Part shown: positions 9,686-21,282 of the stretch, piece by piece
Layout: each line of letters opens with the position of its first letter
Position numbering within the stretch: the stretch's first letter is position 1
Source of the DNA: Wallemia ichthyophaga EXF-994
Taxonomy: Eukaryota; Fungi; Basidiomycota
DNA: 32,000 bases
Reading direction: 5' to 3'
NCBI RefSeq assembly: GCF_000400465.1
Contig: NW_008806286.1
Span: 143,865-175,864 of the forward strand
Notes under the pieces: model-generated
Databases searched by the model: none
What the model was told of the DNA's origin: nothing
The model's input: only the letters and a program-made list of their open reading frames with translations
Position numbers and translations under genes: made by a program

Positions 9686-12600
9686 ATGCAGAATATCGAA
9701 ACAGCAGCAGCAGACACAGATACAAACCTAATTAGATCAAACTCAGACGCTACAACTATCTCAGAATCTGATTTACTCAATGATCTTGTCGACGTTAAGC
9801 AAGAACCTTCTACACAACAAAGTCCCACCAAGCAGTTACACTCTCAATTACATTCTCCCAAGCTTGAATCTTTAACGCCATCAAATGAGCTACAGACGAT
9901 CCACTCGGTCCCAGGATATCAGCATCCAGAGACAATTGGTTTCAAGGCAGATTCAGTGCCAGAATCGGTACCAGAATCAAAGCATCTTCATTTAGAATAT
10001 CAGCAACTCCCTCAATCCCAACCTCAGCGACTAGAACCTCTGCTTCCAGAAACAGGGCAACCGTCACCACAGCAGACACAACTACAACAGCCAGAACCAA
10101 CTCAGCAAGCTTCTCAAAATGCCCCTCAACAAGCCCCTCAACAAACACCTCTACAGCTATCCCTTCCTCCTCCTCTCTATCCCCACAGAAGCCTTCGTCA
10201 GCGCAATGTCAAACAAAAGAATCCCTACTCCTACGAAAACGCGCGCTATCAACGTATATTAACAAAGAATGGTTGGGAAGATGCTTTGATCAAGGATAAA
10301 AATCAACTCATTCCCCAAGAAAACTCCAAGGATGACAACTTTGAGATTGATGGCTGGTTAGAAATGTCTGAAGCTGAAAAAAATAAGGCTTTAGAACGGA
10401 AGCAAAAGCGCAGTCTCAAAGCGCGTCACCAACAAAACATATTAAAGTCTTACGGTGGTCCTCTACCTTCATCCTCTTCTGATGACGAGATGAACATTTC
10501 CGCTCGACCCAATAAAAGACGCAATGTGTTATTCGACTCGAGTAGCGAGAGCAGTGATGCTAATTCGGCTGCTTCCGTAAGTAGATATCTTTGCAATTTG
10601 CATTAATTGACTAGACACTCCTAGGACGACTTGGATTTGAAGTACAATAAAAACAACAATAGCCACCTACAAAGCAATCAACACGATCACACAAACGAAC
10701 TAGACCAAGATGACGACATCCTCGACCCTCAACGTAAGGCTTTCCTCTTCAAATCCATGCCTGCCGTCTTCGCCAAGCGCGCGATAGCTGATCTAAGATT
10801 AATGCAACAGGAAAAAGCATCTGAGCGTGTAGTAGGTCGTTCTAAAAGATCACCTACAAAGACAACTTCACCAGCTACGCGCAACGCAAATGAAGATGAA
10901 GTGGATGACGATATGCGCCCGGGCAAGTCTAGAATTAGGATTGGTTCAGCCTCTCACCACAATCCTCTTGCATTGGGCGATGAGGAGAGTAATAGTGACA
11001 CCAACACTGACCCAGTCGTCGACACCACCAGCGACGATGATCATCTCGTAAGGATGCAGAACCAAAATGATGATATACGCAATTGGTTGGTGTCTGACAA
11101 TGAGGATTATAATGGTAATGGCTATGGTGATGGTACTACCCAAGTACAGGGTGTTGGTGGTGACTTGATCGATACGATGCTTACACGTGCTACCAAATCA
11201 ATTTACCCTCGCAAACCATTTAAACCGCATAAACCAAATCGATTATCGAACAAAAAGAGCAAAAAAGCCCAAACAACACTCACTACACCGATCAAGAAAA
11301 AGCGTCGTGTTGGCGATAAGATACCTTTCCTACCTACGGTTGGGAGAGATTTGGATGATGGATCTAGGGAAGGTTTCAAGTTCATGAGTAAAACAACGAA
11401 CAAACCACGTCGCAATTCCATACAACTAAGCCAAATTCCAAGGAAGACAAAAACAAGAACGAATGCCAACGTTAGTCATACCAGCATTAACCATAAAGTC
11501 AACAAGGCTATTACAATTGATAGTGACAATGACAATGACGATGACACAGAGGAGAAAGATATGGCTGCTATGTTTAAACCACCTGAACAACCGCACACTC
11601 AGGCTGAAGGGTGGGCAAAAATGTCAAAGTCATCCCTCGACTTCAATATGAAGCCTCTGCCATCGTATTGCCGCTTCAGTCCCGATACAGATATAGCCAA
11701 AGGATATTTCTACAATGTCGTAAATCCTTCACCCTCACCCGCAATTATACCATTTTATGGATTCAGCTTGAAGCTGACACCGGAGATGGATCAAACAGAA
11801 GTAACTTCTGTGTCGAGTCAGATATTCGAATTTGCGCATGATGAGCTATCTAACATGGAGTTTTTGAAAAAATTTAGAGAGGCGCTAATGTTCATTAATA
11901 TGTACGCAACTCTCCTGCTAAATACTGCAAGTGGTGACGATATAGATACTTTCGTTATATCCATTCTTAGTCATGTTGATGGATTAAACAACAAGATTAG
12001 TCATTTATCTCATGATGCTTATGTGAGTGATGATTTCATGCTTGAGATCAACTACTTTTCGGTCGAGTTTTTGTTCAGGATGGGCGAAATTGAAGTACTT
12101 GAAGCTGCATTGATCAAGTTGATTAAACAGCTGATGGATGTTGGGCTTTTCACAGCCAGAGCTACCTCTCAATTGCAGGATGGTGACAAAGTGAAAGAGC
12201 TTGATGACCGCACACTGGAATTGTGGGTAGTATGTATTACAATGTCAAGCAAAATCAAAGATGATGGAAATATATGGACTTACCTCAATCCAACAATCAA
12301 TAAACTATTGAAACAGAGCAAACACCACCCAATTATTGAATCGGAAGTTATTTGGTACACTACCTTTAGCGTATTGATCATGTCGCAGCTCTCTATTACT
12401 GGTCTAAGCGCATCATCGTCATCTCAAGCCCCAGAGAATTGGAGCATGATTCACTCAGCAATTGACAGAGTCAAGATTAATTTTGATTCCGATAGCTCAT
12501 CGTCTGTGAGAGCAATCACGCACCGCGACAAATATATCAGGGTCATCTTCTCGAGGTGCTTCATACTCTCCAACTCATTCGATTGGGCCTTGGACAATGA

Positions 12601-14064
12601 CGCCAACATATCGATCAAGCTGTTTGATATACTCAATAAGAGGAAGTTGAAAGATCTTCTGATTGAGAATGTACACGATTTCCCATCATTTGTTAGAGAA
12701 TACAACGATAGTCTCAACACCAAACTCGATAAAAGTGACACATCGTTTCATGTACTACTGAAAATGATCATGAAGTCAGTGATCAACATCAGACATAATG
12801 AACGACTCTCAATCAAGCATGTCAACAGATTTATATCGAGAGTATCCCCGACACGTAGTGTAGCGTTATCATCAAAGTCGGTTCAAGCGTCCAACGGTGA
12901 GTTATCAATCCTGATCAATCACTACAGTCTGGTTATAGTGCTGCTTCACGTTCAGCCTACTTCAGCCAAACCTCGACTCATCCAGGCGAAGAGCCTGTGT
13001 CATTTCCAGCATGTAGATTGGGGAAGCAGGAAGGTAATAGTGCGGGCAATGATGTATATACTCATTATATACAGACATCACGCACTTGATATACAAGGTG
13101 TAATGTCGTGGTTTGCGGAATGCATACACACGTTGTTGTCTGAACTGCATAATCTCGACCGTACGCTCGCGACCGTTGACGCGAATGATAACTATAAACG
13201 TAACGTCAATGTGAGGAATAGGAAGGAGGTTGTCGTCACGCTGCAGATGATACTCAGGTCGATTCAACACACTATCGTCACTCCGTCATTAGACAAATCC
13301 GTGACTGCGTACCCTGATGTAAAGCTGTTGCATGCTTGTGAGTGTTGTGTTTGCTGATCATTTAATCTAACGCTTCCAACCAGCTTGGACGAGAGATGTA
13401 CTGCAATCACCGCTAGCATTAACGCAGGATATCGGCACGGAAGCGATCAAGTGTGTCGAAACATTTCTAGACATGCGTCGTGCAGCGATGCCATATAGAT
13501 CAACTCAATATGCTCCTTTTCAGAACGACAACGAAGACGATGATGATGAGTTTGGCATGTTCGATTTCGATATCAATGACCCACATCTCAACAAACTGCT
13601 CGGCGCTGAGATCGAAGACGACCCCGTGCTGTCTCAAGACAAGGACGTCGCAAATATTATCAAATCCACAATATCTCCAGCTATTTATAAGTTGTTATCT
13701 GATATTCACATTGCTGGTGAAGACGGCCACTGTCCTGCTGCTCAGCGTCCGTTTTATGTCAGGAAACTTATTGACTGTTGGGCAAGTTGTGCTCAAGTGC
13801 TCGTACAGAACGAATTGGCGGTGGGTGTTTGCGCAGTTTTATCCATACAACTACTAACTTTGGCAGGACTGGTCGACATATATCATGTACGGCGCAGAGT
13901 CGTTTAGAAGAATCTCCGATGTCGATGGACGCAAGCACGTCGGTGAATGTTTCATGCAGAACATTAAATTGCTAGACCCAGCAGCTTATACTGTGAGCAA
14001 ACCCTTTACTAATTACAAAAGCTCACTCAAGCAACAGAAACTACTACCTATGTACAACAATTAG
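9686..14064 (+). CDS. MMS22: Mus7/MMS22-like genome-stability protein (~1400 aa; introns 10577-10624, 13338-13383, 13821-13866, 13993-14037)
   Basis: Long disordered N-terminus with RSLRQRN...NPYSYE...Y, then a helical region (ESEVIW...ENW...RDKYIR..FSRC; DFPSF..EY; DTSFH.LLK; LIDCW..CA.VLV; DP.AY) resembling fungal Mus7/MMS22 from memory. The splice model keeps frame; the last exon is less certain. Confidence 0.65.
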
Positions 14065-15172
14065 TGTATTAACTGTATCAACTGTATTTACTGTCAAAAT
14101 GTAACATATCATGCACCCGTAACTTATTATAGCCATCTGTCCACGCTTCAATATACTTTATGATGTTTTCTTTGCAAATCCGATATGTAGATCTTCATCT
14201 CATCTTTGATTGCATTTTATCGTTTAGTTATTTGCAGTCACTTCATTTCCTACAACTCTGCTCTACATCAATATTAATGATCTCAGTACGAGTTTCAAAG
14301 ACGACAGGAGGCTTGAAGGCGAGATTCAAGAGGTTTTAATCTTTCGATTTAATTAAAATAGCTCAAATCACGCTGCAAATGACCAAATAAGTGAGAAGAC
14401 GAATGCAAATATACCATATACTTGCAATTTGATGAATTTAGTAATACCATCAAATTTATTACACCTTCAGCATTACAAATACATCCTCATCTCAAGCCTC
14501 CGCTCAATATCCACGAACTTGGAATTCTGCTGTACCACCTATTTCATCCCAGATGGTGATTTACGAGTTTTGATAATCCGTGAACAAAATGTCGTGATAG
14601 GTAGCTCTGACTGAAAGAAATATGACTATGCCATATTTAGATATCTAGTGCTTCAAATCGCGCACTACACACTGATCGGAAGCAACGGTCCGAAAATGCT
14701 CTAGAGAACGCTATAGAATAAATAAGGAGAATTTGACACGCTCAATTGATGAAGCATAGTATTCTGACTATTATAGACTCACAATCACTCAAAAATGTCA
14801 ATTATTTGGTCCTATAAAGGCGATTTACGTTTCCCGATGTGTAGCGTCCACAGGACTCAACGGTGGCTCCAGGGAAAAATATTGTTATTTCGGATTATCA
14901 CAAGCCGATTAAGTGCAATTCATGGAGAGAAAAATGGGGGTCAGCCCAACTCTGAAACCCGTGGTTTGGCTTCACCTGGTGCAACTTCGAAGTTTCAAAT
15001 AATGGGGGAGTAAAGGCGTTCAAGGCTGCGTTGGAATCTTAGAAGCCAGACTAGTATGAAGGTGTATTTCTGGATCTCTAATCAATCTCCCTGCGACTTG
15101 CCACATATAGCTGGACGAGCACAGAGCGCTGCACAACGCTAGTCAGGAGAGAAACATGTAATTTTAGGAAAA

Positions 15173-16358
15173 CTACTCTAAAACGATATACTTTTGGAGA
15201 TGTTGCGGAATGGCATCAACCAATCCCTTAGATTCGAGCCACTTGCGGGAAAAGAGACGAGACTGGTATCTGTAAGCGCCATCACAGAGAATAGTGACGA
15301 TTTTACGTCTGGTTCCGTCCGCGTTTTTACCGAGATCTTTTCCGAGTTTGAAAGCAGCGGCTACGTTGAGAGCAGAAGAGGCACCGAGATAGATACCTTC
15401 TTCGTCCAACAATCTATACAACATAGCAATGGAATCAGCATCAGGGACTGTGAAACCACCATCAGCAATTTTGACGTCGTCTTTCATATTCTCAGTGATT
15501 CTACCTTGACCGATACCTTCAGTAATGGAGCCACCATCTCTGTCCATCTTCTGGCCATGGGATTGCACGTAGCTTGCTAAGACGGAACCTGGTGGATCAG
15601 CGATATAGCAGCCGATATCTTTATTCATAGACTTCAGGTAATTGGTAACGCCAGCAAAAGTACCACCAGTGCCTGTACTGCAAGTGAAAGCGTCAACGGT
15701 GCCATTAGTCTGCAACCAAATCTCAGGACCGGTGGTATGGAGGTGAATGGCGCGATTCCCGTCAGGATTATCGAACTGGTTTGTCCACACAGCATTCTCA
15801 ATGTCGTCAGCATGTCTCTTAGCTTGATGATTGTAGTTCTGTGGATTGTCGAAAGCGACGGCGGGGACAGGGTGAACTTCTGCACCAAGCATGCGTAGCA
15901 AATCAATTTTTTCAGCTGATTGCGTGTTTGGCATATAGATGACGCATTTGTAGCCGCGTGCTCGACAGAGGTGCGCAAGACCGATACCTGTGTTACCAGC
16001 AGTACCTTCGACGACAGTGCCGCGTGGTTTGAGCAGACCTTTCTCTTCGGCGTCGAGAACAAGACCGAGTGCCTGTGAGTGGATGGAGTGAGCGGTGAAG
16101 TGCAAGGGGGAGAGAACGGACAGCGCGATCTTTAACGGAGCCACCTGGGTTCATGAATTCAGCCTTACCGAGAATCTCAGCGTCAGATTCTTCGGAAAGG
16201 GAGTTTAAGCGTATGAGGGGAGTGTTACCGATAGCGCCGATGAAGCCATTCGTCGTGGCTGATTGTTGGTTCCTGTAATAAAATTCAGGGATCGCCTTAG
16301 AAGATAAACACCTGGAAGATCTGATTGATAAGTTTATAAGTCTCTTAGGGAACATCAT
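15173..16358 (-). CDS. Cysteine synthase (O-acetylserine thiol-lyase, PLP), probably mitochondrial (intron 16073-16121)
   Basis: [24 protein letters not shown] (PLP lysine), [33 protein letters not shown]. The Arg/Ser-rich N-terminus looks like a presequence. Confidence 0.95.
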
Positions 16359-16436
16359 GGTATCAGTGAAAAGAGAAGACAGCGATAAACGAAAAAATTC
16401 AAGTGAATGTGAATGTTACAAGTACATCAAGTACAT

Positions 16437-16861
16437 CTAAAGACGGTTACGTGACCACTTGCCTTCAGTACCAACTTGATCATTGTAGTTGAGGAGTTTC
16501 GCTGTGGGTGGAGTGAATTTAAGGGAGAAATCGGAGAGCTGTACAACGTACTGGTCTGGCCTGGCTTGATGTCCTGCCATGGGTGTGGCTGTATATGGCT
16601 TTAGAATTGGATGAAAATAATCAACCAGACAAACTAACGTTGTTTTTACGGTCCCAGACCTGGAATTTAGTTAGAATTGCCTTCTAATAGCCACAAAACA
16701 CTCACAACTTCTGGTCCTTGTGCTAATCTAGCCAAGTACCATCCAGCACCGCCGATCTTAGCGCAATCAGCTTGGTTCGATCCAGCAAAAACACAACTCA
16801 CGGCACCGCCAATGATGGCAATGATTGGATAAGTCTCTACTGGAACTGGTAATTTGCCCAT
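16437..16861 (-). CDS. NDUFA4: NDUFA4/MLRQ (COXFA4, B12D)-family mitochondrial membrane subunit, 77 aa, 5 exons (16861-16802, 16756-16706, 16659-16639, 16588-16552, 16501-16437)
   Basis: The spliced product MGKLPVPVETYPIIAIIGGAIGGAGWYLARLAQGPEVVWDRKNNPHPWQDIKPGQTTKLLNYNDQVGTEGKWSRNRL has the family pattern E.YP...G.AGWYL.RLA.GPEVVWDRKNNP.PW. Confidence 0.9.
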
Positions 16862-16912
16862 TTGCGCTGTGATGAAAGTCGGAAACCAAGAAACTTGTCA
16901 ACCCCCGCCATC

Positions 16913-18087
16913 ATGTTCACTTCTATTGAATTTGATAACTTTACTATTAAAATAATAGACCAGTTGAAATTACCTAATGAGCTGTCTTATTTGCAAATCA
17001 CTTCAATTGCTCAAGCCTGGCTGGCTATTAACAGGATGAATATTAGAGGCGCACCTGCATTAGCTTCTTTGGCCACTCTGTCTATAGCGCAGAAGGTGCA
17101 CAATACACAGTACGCAGACATACATGCACTTAAGGCAGATATCAAAGAAGCGTGCGACTACCTCTACACATCCAGACCCACCGCCGTCAACCTCGGCATT
17201 GCACTCGATCAAGTGAGGCAATCTGCCGAAATAGATGCGGACGACCTGAACACACTCAAGCAATCTATCATCGACCAATCTATCCTCATCTGGTCTGAGG
17301 ATGTTGAAAGAAACAAGAAAATGTCTGACAATGGCGCAAATTGGCTCATCAACCACTTAGAGTCGACAAACAAGATTGAAAAAGGTAGCAAACTATCCAT
17401 CCTTACTGTATGCAACACTGGCTCACTAGCTACCTCCGTAAGTTGTCTTTTGGGTGCAGTACTGGGTGCACGACTAACGATACCAATGATACACAGGGCT
17501 ATGGAACTGCTTTCGGCATGATCACACGTCTCCACGAGATGGGTAGACTAGAAAGAGCGTACTATGCCCAAACGACTCCTTACCACCAAGGTACTAGACT
17601 GACAGCTTTCGAATTCACCCAGCTGGGTATTCCAAGTTGTTTAGTTTGTGACACTGCTATCGGATCACTCATCTCCAACGGTCACGTGCACGCTGTGACT
17701 GTTGGTGCTGACAGAATAGCCTTGAATGGGGACACAGCCAACAAAATCGGGACTATGCAGTCTGCTCTATTCGCCAAGACATTCGATATTCCTTTCAGTG
17801 TCGTTGCCCCACGTGCTTCTGTCGACCGTAGCCTCCACGACGGGAAAGGTATCCCGATCGAATTGCGAGGGGCGAAAGAGGCAGTGACGGTGCGCGGGTT
17901 GGATACGGAAAGTGGTCACCAAGCAAGTGTGCGTATGGCTCCAAAAGAGGTCGGTGAAAGTGATCTGCATCAGGTTTATAACCCTGGTTTCGACGTCACT
18001 CCCGCTAATCTCATCTCCGCCGTCGTGTTAGAGACGGGTGTAGCTGTGAACCGTGGTGAGAATGTAGATGTTCAGTCGTTGCTATAG
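16913..18087 (+). CDS. MRI1: Methylthioribose-1-phosphate isomerase (intron 17438-17496)
   Basis: IIDQLKLP, MNIRGAPA, SRPTAVNL, LTVCNTGSLATSGYGTAFG, TTPYHQGTRLTAFE, GADRIALNGDTANKIGT, YNPGFDVTP. Confidence 0.96.
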
Positions 18088-18136
18088 ACAAGGATTTCAC
18101 ATTCTTTCTTTCAATTATATACTAGATTTACATTAT

Positions 18137-18949
18137 TTACACACGCACAGCCAACACAAACGCATCTGTGCCTTTCTCATTCGCGATTTGCTGATGGGTG
18201 GCTATGAGCTCCCCTCTGGCCTCATACTCCTGCAGCAATTTGTACACCTGGCGATTACCGAGTACATTTGGCGTCATGTTGTTCGGATCGAGGAACGACC
18301 GAGCGTCCTGGATAGTGTTATCGATCACAATCATCGCGCCTGTGAGACGCGTTAGTGGGGTGGGCAGCGACTTGCTCGCATGTCATCTCCCACCTTTACG
18401 TGTCCGCTTCACGGATTCTGCGAGGTAGTTGGGACTGTTGCTTTTATCCGCATCTATGAAAACGAAATCAAATGGAATATCATCTAAGCGTGAGATGGTT
18501 TCCAAAGCTGCCCCAACTCTTATATCGACCTTGGGCGCCACTTTTGCATACTCCACATTAGATCTGGCTACTTGGGCGAAATCAGAGCTGCATTCGCAGC
18601 TAATAAGCTCGCCGTTGTGCGAGAGTGCTCTTGCCAGCCAGATGGTGCTGTATCTGGGGTGGTAGGGATGTTAGCGGAGTCTTAGCTTTAGCGACAAGCC
18701 AAGAGCTCAGCTCACTCCATCTCACTCGCCAATCAAAATCATCACTCACCCACCAAGCGTTCCAACCTCTAGAATGCGTCTAGCGCCTATCAGCTTGGCT
18801 TGCATCATGATAAACTTGCCCTGCATTGCACTGACGCGGATGGGCGGCAAGCCATTCTGTGTACAGTTCTCGATCGCATGTCCGAGTCCGTCGTCCTCTC
18901 CAATCAAGAAGCGCTCCGCGTACTTGTCGACTTGCTCGTATATAGACAT
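18137..18949 (-). CDS. SAM-dependent O-methyltransferase (caffeoyl-CoA OMT/Methyltransf_3 type), paralog A (introns 18654-18749, 18340-18393)
   Basis: VSAMQGKF, RILEVGTLGGYSTIWLARAL, GAALETI, FDFVFIDADK, GAMIVIDN after splicing. Confidence 0.92.
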
Positions 18950-19147
18950 TTGAATCGGTAGGTATTGTGGATAGTGTAATGAAAGCTTAGAAGCGTTCCT
19001 GTGTGGCTATTTATCGGTTGGAAGATAACCAATCTCCGATATCCGAATTTCGGCCAGGTACACAAGCGCAGGTGTCGGAGGATGTTATAAATAGAATAGT
19101 GCGTTACAATTCATGTCTTTAAAATGATTTATGAGTTATAGTGTCAC

Positions 19148-19963
19148 TCAAAGGCGTACAGCAATAGCCAAACCGTCATGACCTTTACTTGAACATATTT
19201 GAATGTTGGTAGCCTCGATCAAGCCTTGGTCTTGGAGCTGCTGGAGGGCGGGATAGACAGCTCTAATGCCGATGCCGTAAGGATCCTGTGTATGTTCATC
19301 GAGGAGGATATTGTAGTTGCGAACAGTATTATCTACGTATATGACAGCTCCTGGGCGAGTCAGATCGATAGCCTTGCGGAGATATGCCGCGCTGTTCATC
19401 TTATCAGCATCTATAAACACCATATCGAAAGCACCCTGAAGCGTGTCGAGCGTTTCGAGTGCAGCGCCATGTTTTACTTCCACTCTGCAGCTTGGATTGG
19501 CGTACGCGATGTTCTCTCGCGAAAGCTGTGCAAATTTTTCATTTGACTCGAGCGAGATGAGCTCACCGTCGGCAGGAAGAGCCTTTGAGAGCCTATAGGA
19601 GTGCAATAGAGCATCCATTAGCTTGTGCGCTTCCCTCAATCTACAAACACCCCACTCACCAAATACTAGAATACCCGGCTAGGGTGCCTATTTCAAGCAC
19701 CCTCTTTGCCCTCATCATCTTAGCCTGTATCATGAGAAACTTGCCTTGGATGGCGCTGACGCTGATATCGGGAAGGCCATTATTGGCGGCGTTTTGCATG
19801 CACTTGTCGAGCGCTGCGTCTGGTTTGATGATGTGCTGTTCGGAGAAGTTGTCTACTTGGGTAAAAGCTTCAGTCTGGGGGGAATGTTGGGGAGTAGGTG
19901 TGTGGTGAGTCTGTGTCGAGACCAAATTACTGAAACACCCACTGGAATCATTGAAAGTGACAT
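19148..19963 (-). CDS. SAM-dependent O-methyltransferase (Methyltransf_3 type), paralog B (introns 19875-19942, 19593-19659)
   Basis: VSAIQGKF, RVLEIGTLAGYSSIWLSKAL, GAALETL, FDMVFIDADK, GAVIYVDN. Start at ATG 19963 with a 21-nt first exon; an alternative start at 20027 is discussed in findings. Confidence 0.9.
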
Positions 19964-20239
19964 GTTTATTGTCGCTGATTGAGAACAAGGATACCACGGC
20001 CAATATTCTAAAAGTCTTGGATACCATTCGACCTACTCCAAGTCATCACAATCCTGATTCAGAAGCGAGTGAAATTTTTAAATCCAACGATTCCAACGAC
20101 CCAAAAAACACACGATTTCTCTCACATGTATGAAAACAAATGGATAATATATCAGTATCAACTTTTCTCCACTATTAGTCATCATTCCTTGGAGTCATTC
20201 CAAAGTTTGGGCAAGGGTATTTGAAGATTTTTGAGTGAA

Positions 20240-21255
20240 CTACACACTCCAAAGCATACCCTTCCTGTCATAAAAACTGGCTGACATAATCAGTCCCTCT
20301 TTATTCCAATCGACACCATAAGCGAGGTTGTGATGTGTGTTGGTGTGCACGATAGCACTTGAGTGGAGATCCACAACATCGAATCCGCCATACATATTCG
20401 CCATGACTAGTTTGCTGTCATCAGTTTCATGATATTTGATACGCCAAATACCTCCACTCGTCTTGATACTACTGGTGGGTGTCTTGAGATTCCGTTTGTC
20501 GAAAATGCGCAACGTCTCATCGTAAGAGCCCACAGCGAGCTCATTTTGATTGTGTGGGGAGTTAGAGATGGTAGTTACGCCGCCATCGAATCTAATAAGA
20601 GTATAAGAGAGGATGATGCAGCTATATTGACAGAGACGTACTTCTTATTAGACGATACGGGTGCGTTTAATCCAACCCTAAGATCCCAAGCCTTGAAGAC
20701 ACAATCATCGGCACCTGTATAGAGGATATGGTTTGGAGAATAGTGATCCCACGCGGCAATCCACGTTTCGTAATCGTGTGCCTGCCAATCATGCACCAGC
20801 TGCTGTGTGGAAGTGTTTACGCTGATTGCACGACCATCTGACATGGAAACAGCGATCTGTGGATCAGTATCACAGCGCAAATTCGACCAATCGAGAGATA
20901 ATGCTAAGGAGGAGGAGTGCGGAGAGCAATCGATGGTGTATAGATTAGAAAGAGAACTTTCAGAGAATTTGTCGACAGATAGCACTCCTTCTGCATCAAC
21001 AAGACCTAGAAGCTGTTTCATCCACTTTATATCTAGCGTGCCTGGTGTTTGACGGCTATCCAAGTAATTAAATGTACGCTGAGTACAGTCATACACTAAA
21101 CACTGCCCTTTGCGCTGCTGATGGCTAATTTTCCCGTCTTTGTCGGTCTGTGTATCAACGAGCTCATAAGTCCCAACAGCGTAGACGTCGAGTAAGTCAT
21201 TGTATTCAACAGCACATGCTGTGTTTTGAAAATTAATTTCTGCGTGTGTTCGCAT
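20240..21255 (-). CDS. DPH7: Diphthine methyltransferase Dph7/Rrt2 (WD40; intron 20592-20641)
   Basis: TAC.VE, AVGTYEL, GTLDIKW, ALSLDWS, AHDYETWIAAWD, LYTGADD...WDLR, FDGGVT.I, LAVGSYDE, GGIWRIKY, LAYGVDW, SFYD. Confidence 0.92.
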
Positions 21256-21282
21256 CTTATTCTTGTACGCTGAACAAGTGAA

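Noticed and set aside
500-14064. Apparent cluster of chromatin and genome-stability genes (RBBP4, TERT, TUP1, MMS22-like)
   Set aside because: They are interspersed with unrelated splicing and metabolic genes; these categories are large and chance adjacency suffices.
14747-14767. TGATGA...CTGA pair in the large gap (also a lone TGATGA at 8757-8762)
   Set aside because: Spacing far too short (or no box D at all) and no recognisable guide.
14065-15172. Telomerase RNA near TERT
   Set aside because: I found no CTAACCCTAA-type template on either strand here or in other spacers. It cannot be fully excluded if the telomere repeat is not TTAGGG.
18654-18749. Box C-like GTGATGA and a CTGA in the 96-nt intron of OMT paralog A
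   Set aside because: The box C overlaps the splice donor, the C-to-D span is only about 40 nt, and no rRNA-complementary guide was recognised.
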